DNA of 64,000 nucleotides from Candidatus Cloacimonadales bacterium (GTDB lineage Bacteria; Cloacimonadota; Cloacimonadia; Cloacimonadales; JAFGVF01), in the NCBI GenBank assembly GCA_963662585.1, contig OY759729.1, forward strand, positions 288,001-352,000, in the 5' to 3' direction. Positions 10,770 through 22,456 of this stretch are shown piece after piece. The position numbers were made by a program, and so were the translations under genes. Positions within the stretch are counted from its first letter, which is position 1. The number at the start of each line of letters is the position of its first letter. Under the pieces are notes generated by a model, which saw nothing but the letters and a program-made list of their open reading frames with translations, was not told where the DNA came from and searched no databases.

Positions 10770-13700
10770 TTAGAAGCTTATGCTGTGAAAGAGCATTATT
10801 TCGTGAGAGTTCTTACTACTAGGTCTATATTTGAATGTATAAGACATCTTAGTCTTAAAATCTATGTTAGTTCTTATTTGAAAGTCTTGGTCGTAAGTAA
10901 TTTTAGATTTCCTATTTAGGTTTGTTGTTTCTTGGAAGAAGCCTTCATAATTGAAGTACAATCTCTTATAGATTGGTCTGCCAAAATTCACTGTTAGATT
11001 ATTGAGTAATATTGAACTGCTAAATTGAGCCAATTCAGATTCAGAAACATCTTGAGATAGATCTGATTGAATTTGATTATTTTGATTATTCAGCACATAG
11101 TTATTTACCATATTCTTTACAAATCCTGGTTCTATGTAGAAGTAATCGAGTTTCAATCTCCTACGGAAGAAAGTCTCCACTGGTCTTAAAACACCGCTAA
11201 AGAAAGTATTATCAACGTTTGAGCCTAGCATCAAGATAGTTTCATCTTGCAAAGCATTTTGATTCTCCTGTTCTATATCGTAATTACTATCAGAAATTCT
11301 TAATCTATTTATTGCTTGAGATTGAGTTTTATCATTAGGATTATCACTTGCTAAAGTGAGCACTAAGTTACTGAGTCCTGCATTATTACCCTGTTCATTG
11401 GAGACTCTTAAGGTTACTGTAGAACCATCTTGCACTCTTTTAACAAATGTTCCATTGATTGACAGGTCGATTTCGTTTATCATAATTTCGACCAAATCAA
11501 CATTAAAATCTGTATCCAAGAAAGTAACGGTACCTTCCTCTGCAAGAAACTTAGCATCAGGTACAGTCCACTCATTATTGTTATATTCCAGAATTAGATA
11601 ACTATTTGGAGTAACTGTTATATCAGTAGGATATGTTACATATTTTGTATTTTCACCGACTATTAATTTCGCATCTAACTCAAAAGGAAGTGCATTACTA
11701 GACTCTTTATCCTTATCAGCTTCTTTTTCTTTTTTGGCAAAAGTACTTTTCGATGCTGAGGTAATAATCGAAAGAAGATTCTCAGTTTGAGGTGGGTAGA
11801 TTATTGAGGCATTAGAAACAGTTACTTCTGCATCAATTTTCATATCATCAAAAGGACCTTTCACTGAGGCATAGTTATTATATCTTCCCGCAATTTTGAT
11901 TAAAGCTGTCTCTCCCTTTGGCATATATTGAGGAATATGAGCAATAAGTCCCTTTTGAGAAGTAAAAATTCTTAATTGACCTAAGATAAGATTGCCGACG
12001 AAGAAGTTATCATTATCTTCAGAAATGAAATTAGCTACTCTAAGATAACCATCACCTAAGTTAAGTTCACACTTCTGTAAGTCAAGCTGATTATCCTTCA
12101 TCATAGCAGTTAAATTAATTTTATTAATTCTCTCAGGCTGATCTAACATTTTTAAATAGCCATCTTCCATGATAAGATATCCTTCATAAACCTGTAATCC
12201 CTCTTCATCTATCCCGAGAATAAGTTCACTTCTTAAGTTTAAACTTCCTTCTTCAAAAAGGTCAGGGGAAATCTTATTAAGAAGCTGATAAGCATTAGCA
12301 TCCAATTTAACATACAATCTTTCATCTGAAGGAATAAACTCATTCTTAAAAAGATCGTAGGAGAAATCTCCTATAATATTCATATCTGCATAATTAACTG
12401 AATTTAAATAAAGGTTATCAACATGAATCTTCTGACTAGTATAAAGAAGATTAAAATAGACATCGTTAATATCAAAATCTGCTACTTTAAAATCAGAGCC
12501 TACACCTTTGAGCCTTATACTATATTTCTCTTCTTCTTTTGAATCATAACGAAAGCTCATATCAGCTTTAACAAATCCTTTTAAAGGAATAATATTTTGA
12601 TAGTCAGTAAAATCAATTTCATTGATTACAGCATTAACATTAGCCCTTAAACCATCAGTAGTTTCCATAGAACCAGAAGCTGAAACAAGAACTTGTCTTT
12701 CATTATAGACAAGCAATTCAGTTAAGAGTATCCTATCTAAGCTACCTTCAAAATGACCTTCTAATCCATAACCAGCAAATCCAGCTATTTCGATTCCTGT
12801 GAATAAAAGATCTCCTGTTATAAAAGCTGAAGTCCATTTATAATCGACATTAAGGGTTACAAATCCTTCTGGGTAATTCTCTGTATAGTCTTTAGGAAGA
12901 TATTTTTTTAGGTCACTTGCTGCAAGTTGATTGATTTCCAGTCTAAGCTTTCTCTCTTCATTTAGTAAATTCTTGCCTCTAATGACTATATCTTTATTTA
13001 TTTCGAGATATGCATCTACTTTATTAAATTCGTTAATAGTAATTTCACCTAGGGCATTCGTTTTTTTATTAAATACTTTTCCATTAATGATATCATTAGA
13101 AATAGTCATTGTATTTGAAGCAAGATCCCAATTGAAATCAGTTTTTAGGGGAAGATAGATCTGATCCTCAAAAGCTGTAATTTCTAAATTCACACCTGCA
13201 TTTAAGTCTTCCTCTTCTTTAGTTATTGCTATCGAACCATTAACAAGAGGATTTAGATTTTGAAACATTTCATTGCTAAGAGCGGTGAAGGCATCCTTAG
13301 CATGAAAATCAAGGAATCTTAAGGTTGCTGTGGAATTGGTAAAAGCTAGGTTGGTGTTTAAATTAAGATTAATACTTTCATTAGCTAATTCACCTCTTAG
13401 CATATCTTTATCAAGATAGACAAGCCCGGATATGGGTGGTAATAACAATTGGTTATAACCGAGAGTAAAATCACTTACTTTCAGTCTAAAATAAGAATCT
13501 CCGTCTAGTATGATACCTTTTGTTAGAAGATTTCCTTGTAGGGTAATGGCACTATCCTCTTTGTTTTTAATCAAGAGATCGGCAGATATAAAGTTTTTAT
13601 GTAGTATTCCACTTCCAGAAAGGGTATTTCTATCTAATTCGGCATTTAGCAGGTTAATTTCAAATTGGTCTTGATAATCTAGTGTTGCTTCAATGTTTGT

Positions 13701-14846
13701 TATAGCTAATGAGTTAAAATCTAGAGAATCAGTATCGACTAAACCTGTTATATGTAGATTAGAGGCATATCCTGAGACATCAACTGTAGCATCAACAATA
13801 CCTTGCATAAAAGTAAATGTTTCCCCGATTTGATGATTTAGGATATTTGCTTGTGCTTCAATTTCAAGTTTATCAAAGAGATTAATCAAATTACCTTCAA
13901 CTTGTACAGGCACTCCCATAAAAGAAGTTGCTCCAGGTAAAATAGCTAAATCTTTACTATCTCCAAGGATTCTAAGATTATTTATTGCTAGAGGCATATC
14001 AAACAAGTTTGATTTAGCAGTTTTACTCTCTAAGTCTAAAGCAAGATATAGTCCATCTTCCCCAGCAAAATCTAAAGTAGCTTCTCCCTGCAAGGCTACA
14101 TCTATATTTTCTGCAACAGGGACATAAAGGGAATCTGGATTATAACCATTAATTTTTAAACCTATGGAGTTTAATCCTGTTTCATCTAGCTTTAAATAAA
14201 CTTGAACAGGATTATCCCGATTATCATACATATCTGCTATGAGACTTTTTTCTCTTTTATTATCAAAGCTTAAATCAGCTTTAGAAAAAGTATCATGAAT
14301 TCCAAAATATTCACTATAGGTAACATCAGCAGTTAGTTTGGCATTATTTATAGTAACTTTTCTGAGATAATTATTTATATCGAAAGAACTCTCTTCATGA
14401 CTTTCTGATTTTGCTTTATTCTTTCTTTTGGGAGTGGAATCTTCTTCCCCAAATTTTTGTTTATAACCTAGGGTAGGAGACTCAATATATACAGAATCTA
14501 TAACTTCTTTGAACCAGATTCTAGTATTAAAGAGTGAAGCATAATTTAAATCAATATCTAATTGAGAAGTTTTTAAGTAATAATAGAGTTCTTTAGTAGA
14601 TTCAACTTCTAAATCCTCAAAGTAGATTCCATTTTTATTAATATCAAAAGAAGATAAAGAAATCTCTGCACCAACTATTTTACCTAATTGATTTTCTAAG
14701 AGATACTTAACTATATCATTCCTATTCCATATTAGGAAAGAAAAGAATATAATAATAGCGAGTAAGAAAAGTACCAGCCTTTGTCTATGTCTTTTCCTTC
14801 TCTTTATTTTTTTTAGTTTTTTGAGTTCTACTTTGCTAAGAGTCAT
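10770..14846 (-). CDS. Large envelope protein, probably TamB/AsmA-like
   Basis: N-terminal basic stretch plus TM anchor, 1358 aa rich in beta-strand patterns; follows Lol-type genes. Confidence 0.55.
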   Translation of the reverse strand: MTLSKVELKKLKKIKRRKRHRQRLVLFLLAIIIFFSFLIWNRNDIVKYLLENQLGKIVGAEISLSSFDINKNGIYFEDLEVESTKELYYYLKTSQLDIDLNYASLFNTRIWFKEVIDSVYIESPTLGYKQKFGEEDSTPKRKNKAKSESHEESSFDINNYLRKVTINNAKLTADVTYSEYFGIHDTFSKADLSFDNKREKSLIADMYDNRDNPVQVYLKLDETGLNSIGLKINGYNPDSLYVPVAENIDVALQGEATLDFAGEDGLYLALDLESKTAKSNLFDMPLAINNLRILGDSKDLAILPGATSFMGVPVQVEGNLINLFDKLEIEAQANILNHQIGETFTFMQGIVDATVDVSGYASNLHITGLVDTDSLDFNSLAITNIEATLDYQDQFEINLLNAELDRNTLSGSGILHKNFISADLLIKNKEDSAITLQGNLLTKGIILDGDSYFRLKVSDFTLGYNQLLLPPISGLVYLDKDMLRGELANESINLNLNTNLAFTNSTATLRFLDFHAKDAFTALSNEMFQNLNPLVNGSIAITKEEEDLNAGVNLEITAFEDQIYLPLKTDFNWDLASNTMTISNDIINGKVFNKKTNALGEITINEFNKVDAYLEINKDIVIRGKNLLNEERKLRLEINQLAASDLKKYLPKDYTENYPEGFVTLNVDYKWTSAFITGDLLFTGIEIAGFAGYGLEGHFEGSLDRILLTELLVYNERQVLVSASGSMETTDGLRANVNAVINEIDFTDYQNIIPLKGFVKADMSFRYDSKEEEKYSIRLKGVGSDFKVADFDINDVYFNLLYTSQKIHVDNLYLNSVNYADMNIIGDFSYDLFKNEFIPSDERLYVKLDANAYQLLNKISPDLFEEGSLNLRSELILGIDEEGLQVYEGYLIMEDGYLKMLDQPERINKINLTAMMKDNQLDLQKCELNLGDGYLRVANFISEDNDNFFVGNLILGQLRIFTSQKGLIAHIPQYMPKGETALIKIAGRYNNYASVKGPFDDMKIDAEVTVSNASIIYPPQTENLLSIITSASKSTFAKKEKEADKDKESSNALPFELDAKLIVGENTKYVTYPTDITVTPNSYLILEYNNNEWTVPDAKFLAEEGTVTFLDTDFNVDLVEIMINEIDLSINGTFVKRVQDGSTVTLRVSNEQGNNAGLSNLVLTLASDNPNDKTQSQAINRLRISDSNYDIEQENQNALQDETILMLGSNVDNTFFSGVLRPVETFFRRRLKLDYFYIEPGFVKNMVNNYVLNNQNNQIQSDLSQDVSESELAQFSSSILLNNLTVNFGRPIYKRLYFNYEGFFQETTNLNRKSKITYDQDFQIRTNIDFKTKMSYTFKYRPSSKNSHEIMLFHSISF

Positions 14847-15508
14847 AGCAGAGTTAATTTACCATCTTTAATTGTATAGTGGGTGTCATTTTCAGCAACT
14901 AGACTTAGGTCGTGAGTCACAAAAATTATAGTTAATCCCTCTTGGTTTAATTTCCGCAATATATCCATAACAATTTTAGTAGTTTCGTCATCTAGATTAC
15001 CAGAAGGTTCATCAGCAATTAGTATTTTTGGTTTAGTAACAATAGCTCTGGCTATGGCAATTCTCTGCTCTTCCCCACCACTCAATTGATTAGGAAAATG
15101 ATTAATCCGATCCTCTAAACCTAGTGTTTTCAGAATATCTTTAGCTATTTTGCCTGCTTCTTTCTTTTTATAACCTTGAACAAGTAGGGGGATTATTACA
15201 TTCTCTAAAGCAGTAAAATCCTCTAATAAGTAGTGAAACTGAAAGATAAAGCCAATATTCTTATTTCTAAACAATTCCATATTAGTTATTTTATTTCTAA
15301 CTTGTCCTGCGAGAATAATTTCACCTGAATCTGGAGAGTCCAATAAGCCGATAAGATGCAACAGAGTACTTTTGCCACAGCCTGAAGCACCTGTTATTGC
15401 AACAAATTCCCCTTCTTTAACAGATAAGTTTATATCTTTCAAGACACTAAGTTTCTTGCTTGCATCAAGATAGCTTTTACTAAGGCTATTTAATTTTATA
15501 ATTTCCAT
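14843..15508 (-). CDS. lolD: LolD-like ABC transporter ATP-binding protein
   Basis: GASGCGKST, IGFIFQFHYLL, LSGGE, ADEPSGNLD, VTHD. Confidence 0.85.
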   Translation of the reverse strand: MEIIKLNSLSKSYLDASKKLSVLKDINLSVKEGEFVAITGASGCGKSTLLHLIGLLDSPDSGEIILAGQVRNKITNMELFRNKNIGFIFQFHYLLEDFTALENVIIPLLVQGYKKKEAGKIAKDILKTLGLEDRINHFPNQLSGGEEQRIAIARAIVTKPKILIADEPSGNLDDETTKIVMDILRKLNQEGLTIIFVTHDLSLVAENDTHYTIKDGKLTLL

Positions 15509-15509
15509 A

Positions 15510-16739
15510 TTATTGTCTCATTATTTTTATAATTTCTAATTTGTTAATACTTCTCAAAGTGAAGAGAATGGTCATAGCTATGATTACTACTGTTGTAGCA
15601 TAGATAATTATAAACATTGATATTGAGGGATGAATCATAATCTTATCAATAAAATAGATATCTCCCTTAAGGCTTATATAATCTTGATGAGTCAGCCAAT
15701 AAGCAGAAGCATAGCCACCAAGTAAGCCCAAGATAATCCCTAAATGAGCAAGTAACAGAGAAAAGACAAAGTAGATTAATTTAATTTCCCTTCTCTTTAA
15801 ACCTAAGGTCATTAATATTCCAATTTCATTGATTTTCTCGTTTATTATCGTACTTACGGTACTGATAACATTGAAGCCTGCTACAATGATTATTATGCAT
15901 AGAATCAAGAATATCATAATTTTTTGTAAAGATAGAGCAGAAAAGATCATGGAATTATTTGAAAATAGGTCTATTGCATACATTGAAGGTAAGCTCATCA
16001 TCAATTGATAATTAATTTTACTAGTAATCAAGTTGCTATTATCATTTTTACGATTATTCAAGAGAATCGAATAACTGCTAGCAGAATTTTTATTTCCTGT
16101 AATCTTTTTTATTGTATCTTTACTTAGTATTGCCCTAGATGCGTCTATTTCATACAAACCTGTTTTATAAATCTCTTTAACAAGAAACTTTTCACTTTTC
16201 TTGACTAAACCAAAGAGAGAATATCTTATTGAAGAAGGTAAAATCACTTCTACTTTCTCTCCCACCTCTACTTGCAGTTCCTTAGCTAAATATTCTCCTA
16301 GAATAATTTCATTAGCCCCCAGATGAAAATCAGCTTGCTTTGAAAAGGAATATAAATATTTATTATAATCCTTATTTCCATCAGAATAAGATTCTATAAA
16401 GGCAGGTTTATTAAATTCTTTATTACTAATTATTACTGAAATCTGATATTTCCCATCAAGGGCTTTAATATCAGATTCATAATCATCAAGTATTTTTCTT
16501 AAAGTGCTTTCTTGATACTCACTTATTTCCTCTCCATTATTAATAATTGAGATATCAGGTTGAGAAACCTTAAAAGCATTACTTAATGTCTCTTCATAGC
16601 TTTCAAATAGAATCATTGCCAAGGTTAGAGCTCCTACGGCAATGACAATCCCTAAAATCATAAAAATGGAGTTTTTCCCCCAAGATGATTTTTTGATTCT
16701 CCTTAAACTTGATAAATATAAAGATAATAATCCTTTCAC
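15510..16739 (-). CDS. LolC/E-type (FtsX/MacB) ABC permease
   Basis: 1+3 TM topology with periplasmic domain, EIGILMTLG motif; adjacent to lolD. Confidence 0.8.
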   Translation of the reverse strand: MKGLLSLYLSSLRRIKKSSWGKNSIFMILGIVIAVGALTLAMILFESYEETLSNAFKVSQPDISIINNGEEISEYQESTLRKILDDYESDIKALDGKYQISVIISNKEFNKPAFIESYSDGNKDYNKYLYSFSKQADFHLGANEIILGEYLAKELQVEVGEKVEVILPSSIRYSLFGLVKKSEKFLVKEIYKTGLYEIDASRAILSKDTIKKITGNKNSASSYSILLNNRKNDNSNLITSKINYQLMMSLPSMYAIDLFSNNSMIFSALSLQKIMIFLILCIIIIVAGFNVISTVSTIINEKINEIGILMTLGLKRREIKLIYFVFSLLLAHLGIILGLLGGYASAYWLTHQDYISLKGDIYFIDKIMIHPSISMFIIIYATTVVIIAMTILFTLRSINKLEIIKIMRQ

Positions 16740-17236
16740 TAATTCTCTCTTTCGTTAGGAGCAGGCAATTCTATTATTATCTTTTCTGGCTTAGCCTCTT
16801 CAACTTTTGATTCCTTCATTTCGCTATGAGCTTTAAAAATTGAGAAATCATTCTTTTTCACCATATCAACAACATAAAATATTAAGAAGATAGTAATAGT
16901 GATTAAGACTATCGCATAGATAATGTTTGCTGAGATTAAGAATTTTCTCTCTTCCTTATATTCTAAAGATTTAAAGTTATCAACCTTGTATTCAGGATAC
17001 TTATTATCTATAATCGAAATAATTTTTGCTTGGTTTAGGTTGAGTTTTCTTACTATTGTGTAAGCATAACTTTTCACAACTCCAAATCCGCCCAAAGCTT
17101 CAATCTTGTCATCTTCTAACAATTCAATATGCTCTTTTTTGATCATAGTGATTTTTTCTAATTCTTCAATTGATAGACTATTCTCTTCTCTAATACTTCT
17201 GATATATTGTCCGATACTATCCATATTCAACTCCAT
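16739..17236 (-). CDS. RodZ-like HTH membrane protein (short)
   Basis: SIGQYIRSIREENSLSIEEL HTH followed by one TM helix. Confidence 0.65.
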   Translation of the reverse strand: MELNMDSIGQYIRSIREENSLSIEELEKITMIKKEHIELLEDDKIEALGGFGVVKSYAYTIVRKLNLNQAKIISIIDNKYPEYKVDNFKSLEYKEERKFLISANIIYAIVLITITIFLIFYVVDMVKKNDFSIFKAHSEMKESKVEEAKPEKIIIELPAPNEREN

Positions 17237-18015
17237 TGGAAGGAACCTTCACAAATATATGAAACTTTACCTTCTAAAATTACATTGTTCTTTTCTAGGG
17301 ATACTTTAACAAGTCCCCCATCTAATTTTATATTTACACTTTTATCGACTAAACCATTTTGATAAGAATCCCAAAATAATGCACTTGCTCCACTACCGCA
17401 AGCATAGGTCAATCCACTTCCGCGTTCAAAAACTATAGCTTCAATATTTCTTTTATCTATAATTTTTATTAATTCAATATTGATTCCATCAGGGAAATCT
17501 TTGCTATTTTGCTTTTCTTCAGCTAACTTTAAAAATACATCTCGAGAAATATTTAAACTCTCATTATTAACTACTAAATGCTGATTTCCAATATCAATAA
17601 CATTTCCAGATAAAGTTGCAGATGTATAATTATTGATTAAGCTAGGAATTCCCATATTAACTTTTACATTATGAGTAAGTTCATCTACTTGTGCGAATTT
17701 AATTCCACTTAGGGTATTGATGGATATAGGCTGTTTTACTCCCTCTTGAGCCAAGAGAAAAGCAAGGCAACGAAGGGCATTACCACACATCTTTGCTTCA
17801 GAACCATCATTATTGAAAATTCGCATTAAACAAAGTGCATCTTCATCGTCTTCCATTACAACTAGTCCATCTGAACCAATCCCAAAACGAACATCGCTTA
17901 TATCTTTACTCAAAGCACTAAAATCTAGTTCAGAATACCTAAAATCTCTGTTGTCTATATAGATATAATTATTGCCTTGAGCAGTCATTTTTATAAAATT
18001 AATTTTCTTATTCAT
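17227..18015 (-). CDS. dapF: Diaminopimelate epimerase
   Basis: GNNY, GIGSDG, NNDGSEAKMCGN, ERGSGLTYACGSG. Confidence 0.93.
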   Translation of the reverse strand: MNKKINFIKMTAQGNNYIYIDNRDFRYSELDFSALSKDISDVRFGIGSDGLVVMEDDEDALCLMRIFNNDGSEAKMCGNALRCLAFLLAQEGVKQPISINTLSGIKFAQVDELTHNVKVNMGIPSLINNYTSATLSGNVIDIGNQHLVVNNESLNISRDVFLKLAEEKQNSKDFPDGINIELIKIIDKRNIEAIVFERGSGLTYACGSGASALFWDSYQNGLVDKSVNIKLDGGLVKVSLEKNNVILEGKVSYICEGSFQWS

Positions 18016-18721
18016 TTATTTCAAAAATTTCCTTAAAGTAATCGCTAAAGTTAAAGAATCCTGTCTTACCTGTAATCCATTCAGCTGATTTTACAGCTCC
18101 AGAAACAAAAGTGCTTCTCTCTCTTGCTAAATGTTTCAACTCTATAAAATCAAATTCCCCATCATAACCTACTAAGTGAGTGCCAGGTTTTTTACCTGCC
18201 CTAATAGATTCAAATTCAAAATCTGCAGAAATATTACTCTGATTATCTTTTATGAGAGAAGTAATATATTTTGCTGTTCCCGAAGGTCTATCTTTCTTTT
18301 CATTATGATGTTCCTCCATTGCATACAAATCATAATTAGGAATTTGAGCCATCATCTTGGAAAGATAATTTATAGCCTGAAAGAAGAGATTCATACCTAT
18401 GGAAAAATTCGCCCCATAGATTATTCCTACTCTATTATCTTCTGCTATTTTCTTAACTTGCTCAATTTTGTCATACCAACCTGAAGTACCAATCACAACA
18501 CTAAGACCACATTTTGCTAAGGCCTCAACTCTCTCTAAGACACCCTCAGGTTGTGTAAATTCTAAAGCGACTTCAGCTCCATTAAGATTAATTTTATCTA
18601 TATTTTTTTCATATTCTGAATTATTACTATCTATTATACTCACTACTTCATAACCACTTTTTTGGCATAAAGAGTGCACTAGTTTTCCCATTTTTCCGTA
18701 TCCAATCAAAGCTATTTTCAT
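18008..18721 (-). CDS. dapB: 4-hydroxy-tetrahydrodipicolinate reductase
   Basis: GYGKMG, VIGTSG, NFSIG, EEHHNEKKDRPSGTA; start inferred at MKIALIG. Confidence 0.92.
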   Translation of the reverse strand: MKIALIGYGKMGKLVHSLCQKSGYEVVSIIDSNNSEYEKNIDKINLNGAEVALEFTQPEGVLERVEALAKCGLSVVIGTSGWYDKIEQVKKIAEDNRVGIIYGANFSIGMNLFFQAINYLSKMMAQIPNYDLYAMEEHHNEKKDRPSGTAKYITSLIKDNQSNISADFEFESIRAGKKPGTHLVGYDGEFDFIELKHLARERSTFVSGAVKSAEWITGKTGFFNFSDYFKEIFEINE

Positions 18722-18838
18722 TATAATACCTCTTTTTATCATAATAAATATGCTTTAATTTTTTGTCAATTAGATATTTCAACTTACTTCAACTCCTTTT
18801 TTTTATGGTAATTACGATAATGATATTGAACAAATTAA

Positions 18839-18867
18839 TTGACATAATTTCAACTGCGATTTAATTT
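18839..18867 (+). promoter_or_regulatory. Putative sigma70-type promoter for the DUF1015 gene
   Basis: TTGACA-17 nt-TAATTT. Confidence 0.45.
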
Positions 18868-18903
18868 GCTAAAAATATAAATTAATTTATTTAAGGAGTT
18901 ATT

Positions 18904-20151
18904 ATGCCTGTATTTAGACCCTTTAAGGCTGTTAGACCTGTCCCAGAAAAAGCTAAAGATATTGCTTCTTTACCTTATGATGTTATGGATTCTCAAGAAG
19001 CTCGCGAAGAAGTTAAAAGAAATCCATTAAGTTATATTCATGTTGAAAAAGCTGAAGTTGACTTACCTGAAGGTACTAACCTTTATAGCGATGAAGTCTA
19101 TAATAAAGCTAAAGAAAATCTTTATAATTATATCAAAAATGGCCATATGATTCAAGATGAAAAACCCGCTTTCTATGTCTATCGCCAAATTATGGATGGT
19201 AGAGTTCAAACCGGTTTAGTTGGCTGTGCTGCTACTGAAGATTACATGAATGATATTATCAAAAAACACGAACTTACTCGTGCTGCTAAAGAAGCTGATA
19301 GAATTAAACATGTTGATATCTGTGACGCTCACTCTTCTCCTGTTTTCTTTACTTACAGACATCGTGATGATATCAATGCTGTAGTTAGCAAAACTGTTGC
19401 TACTGCACCTGAATATGATTTTGTAGCTGACGATGGTATTGCTCACGCTCTATGGGTAATCTCTGATGATGCTGATCTTGCAACTATCACTCAAGCTTTT
19501 GCTGATATGGATTATCTCTATGTTGCTGACGGACATCACAGAACTGCTTCTGCTGCTAAAGTTGGACTTCTTAGAAAAGAAGCTAATCCTAACCATACCG
19601 GCCAAGAAGAATATAACTTCTTCATGACAGTTATCTTCCCTGATAATGACCTTTATATCATGGACTATAACCGTGTTGTTAAAGATCTTAACGGACATTC
19701 TTCTGAAGAATTCTTTAAATTAATTAAAGAAAACTTCGATGTAGAATTATACAATGGTCAAGGACAGTATAATCCAGAAGCAAGACATGATTTCGGTATG
19801 TACTTCGAAGGTAAATGGTATAAAATTACTGCTAAAGCAGGTACTTTCGATGAAAATAGTCCTACTAAATCTCTCGATGTTTCTATTCTTCAAGAAAACC
19901 TCCTTCACCCAATCTTAGCTATTGGCGATCCTCGTACTGATGAAAGAATCGATTTCATCGGTGGTATCAGAGGCTTAACAGAATTAGAAAAAAGAGTTAA
20001 CTCAGGTCGCGAAGTTGTTGCTTTTGCAATGTTCCCAACCTCAATTAAAGAACTTATGGATATCGCTGATGCAGGCGAGATTATGCCTCCAAAATCAACT
20101 TGGTTTGAGCCTAAATTAAGATCAGGATTATTCATCCACCTCTTAAAATAA
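18904..20151 (+). CDS. DUF1015 family protein
   Basis: PYDV, IKKHELTR, YVADGHHRTASA, MPPKSTWFEPKLRSGL. Confidence 0.88.
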   Translation: MPVFRPFKAVRPVPEKAKDIASLPYDVMDSQEAREEVKRNPLSYIHVEKAEVDLPEGTNLYSDEVYNKAKENLYNYIKNGHMIQDEKPAFYVYRQIMDGRVQTGLVGCAATEDYMNDIIKKHELTRAAKEADRIKHVDICDAHSSPVFFTYRHRDDINAVVSKTVATAPEYDFVADDGIAHALWVISDDADLATITQAFADMDYLYVADGHHRTASAAKVGLLRKEANPNHTGQEEYNFFMTVIFPDNDLYIMDYNRVVKDLNGHSSEEFFKLIKENFDVELYNGQGQYNPEARHDFGMYFEGKWYKITAKAGTFDENSPTKSLDVSILQENLLHPILAIGDPRTDERIDFIGGIRGLTELEKRVNSGREVVAFAMFPTSIKELMDIADAGEIMPPKSTWFEPKLRSGLFIHLLK

Positions 20152-20170
20152 GCAAACCTAAAATACTTAC

Positions 20171-20202
20171 GAGTGTCAGAAACTTCTGACACTCTTTTTT
20201 TT
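20171..20202 (+). terminator. Intrinsic terminator
   Basis: GAGTGTCAGAA-AC-TTCTGACACTC followed by a T run. Confidence 0.85.
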
Positions 20203-20520
20203 ATTTTTTTTTAAAAGAGCTAATAATGTTCCCACCCTACAAACATAAATCCCCACTATCTATAATACTATAGGTCCCACTTTTTCTAAAAATGGTCCAG
20301 TTTCTTAAATTTATTTAATAAATTTTCTGCCTTATAGAATATATTCTATAAGGTAGCTAGCCATTGTTAGTTCCATATAACATATTATTTACTATCAACT
20401 TTCTAATCTCTTTTACCTATAGATTAATGCTCCTCCCCTCCTCCTTCAATCTTATCTCAAGCATTATTTGATTTTTATTTGAGTTGAGTGAGAAGGAACA
20501 AAGGGGGAATAGTTAATAAC

Positions 20521-22382
20521 ATTACTAAATCCTCTTATTGACGGATTGCGAACAACCTGTTCGCGATACTCCAAAGATCTTTGGAGTAGAACTCTCTTGC
20601 AAGTATGCAAGATAATATTATCAAGCTGTGTAACAGCTTGTCGCATGCAAGGTGCATGCAATCCGACATGAAGAAGCTCTTATCATGCTTTAAGATCTAT
20701 TACTAAATCCTCTTATTGACGGATTGCGAACAACTTGTTCGCGATACTCCAAAGATTTTTGGAGTAGTATTTTCTTGCAGAATGCAAGATAATATTATCA
20801 AGCTGTGTAACAGCTTGTCGCATGCAAGGTGCATGCAATCCGACATGAAGAAGCTCTCTTCACGCTATAAGATCTATTACAAAATCCTCTTATTGACGGA
20901 TTGCGAACAACTTGTTCGCGATACTCCAAAGATTTTTGGAGTAGTATTTTCTTGCAGAATGCAAGATAATATTATCAAGCTGTGTAACAGCTTGTCGCAT
21001 GCAAGATGCATGCAATCCGGCATAAAGAAGCTCTTATCATGCTTTAAGATCTATTACTAGATCCTCTTATTGACGGATTGCGAACAACTTGTTCGCGATA
21101 CTCCAAAGATCTTTGGAGTTGAACTCTCTTGCAGAATGTAAGAAGATATTTTCAAGCTGTGTTACAGCTTGTCGCATGCAAGGTGCATGCAATCCGACAT
21201 GAAGAAGCTCTTATCATGCTTTAAGATCTATTACTAAATCCTCTTATTGACGGATTGCGAACAACTTGTTCGCGATACTCCAAAGATCTTTGGAGTTGAA
21301 CTCTCTTGCAGAATGTAAGAAGATATTTTCAAGTTGTGTTACAGCTTGTCGCATGCAAGGTGCATGCAATCCAGCATAAAGAAGCTCTCTTCACGCTATA
21401 AGATCTATTACAAAATCCTCTTATTGACGGATTGCGAACAACTTGTTCGCGATACTCCAAAGATTTTGGAGTTGAACTCTCTTGCAAGTATGCAAGATAA
21501 TATTATCAAGCTGTGTAACAGCTTGTCGCATGCAAGGTGCATGCAATCCGGCATAAAGAAGCTATTATCATGCTTTAAGATCTATTACTAAATCCTCTTA
21601 TTGACGGATTGCGAACAACTTGTTCGCGATACTCCAAAGATTTTTGGAGTAGTATTTTCTTGCAGAATGCAAGATAATATTATCAAGCTGTGTAACAGCT
21701 TGTCGCATGCAAGGTGCATGCAATCCGGCATAAAGAAGCTATTATCATGCTTTAAGATCTATTACTAAATCCTCTTATTGACGTATTGCGAACAACTTGT
21801 TCGCGATACTCCAAAGATTTTTGGAGTAATATTTTCTTGCAGAATGCAAGATAATATTATCAAACTGTGTAACAGCTTGTCGCATGCAAGGTGCATGCAA
21901 ACCGGCATAAAGAAGTTATTATCATGCTTTAAGATCTATTACTAAATCCTCTTATTGACGGATTGCGAACAACTTGTTCGCGATACTCCAAAGATTTTTG
22001 GAGTAGTATTTTCTTGCAGAATGCAAGATAATATTATCAAGCTGTGTAACAGCTTGTTGCATGCAAGGTGCATGCAATCCGACATGAAGAAGCTCTTATC
22101 AAGCTATAACATCTATTACTAAGTCCTCTTAATTGACGGATTGCGAACAACTTGTTCGCGATACTCCAAAGATTTTTGGAGTAGTATTTTCTTGCAGAAT
22201 GCAAGATAATATTATCAAGCTGTGTAACAGCTTGTCGCATGCAAGGTGCATGCAATCCGACATGAAGAAGCTATTATCATGCTTTAAGATCTATTACTAA
22301 ATCCTCTTATTGACGGATTGCGAACAACTTGTTCGCGATACTCCAAAGATTTTGGAGTAGAACTCTCTTGCAAGTATGCAAG
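20521..22382. repeat. Tandem array of 177-178 bp multi-hairpin units (10 full and 1 partial), REP/BIME-like
   Basis: Unit starts at about 20521, 20699, 20876, 21053, 21230, 21407, 21584, 21761, 21938, 22115, 22293. Confidence 0.97.
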
Positions 22383-22456
22383 CACTTCTACACCATAAAA
22401 TGATACGGCAATTATTTCATAATTAGCATAAAATTAAGTGGATCTATCGATTTGTG

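Noticed and set aside
20464..22255. ORFs inside the array (20464..20661, 20716..21060, 21334..21591, 22037..22255)
   Set aside because: By-products of a 177-bp period divisible by 3. Stops and indels vary between units and there is no RBS.
20521..22382. CRISPR or guide-RNA array interpretation of the 177-bp repeats
   Set aside because: No unique spacers: units are near-identical along their whole length, and no cas-like genes are in the window.
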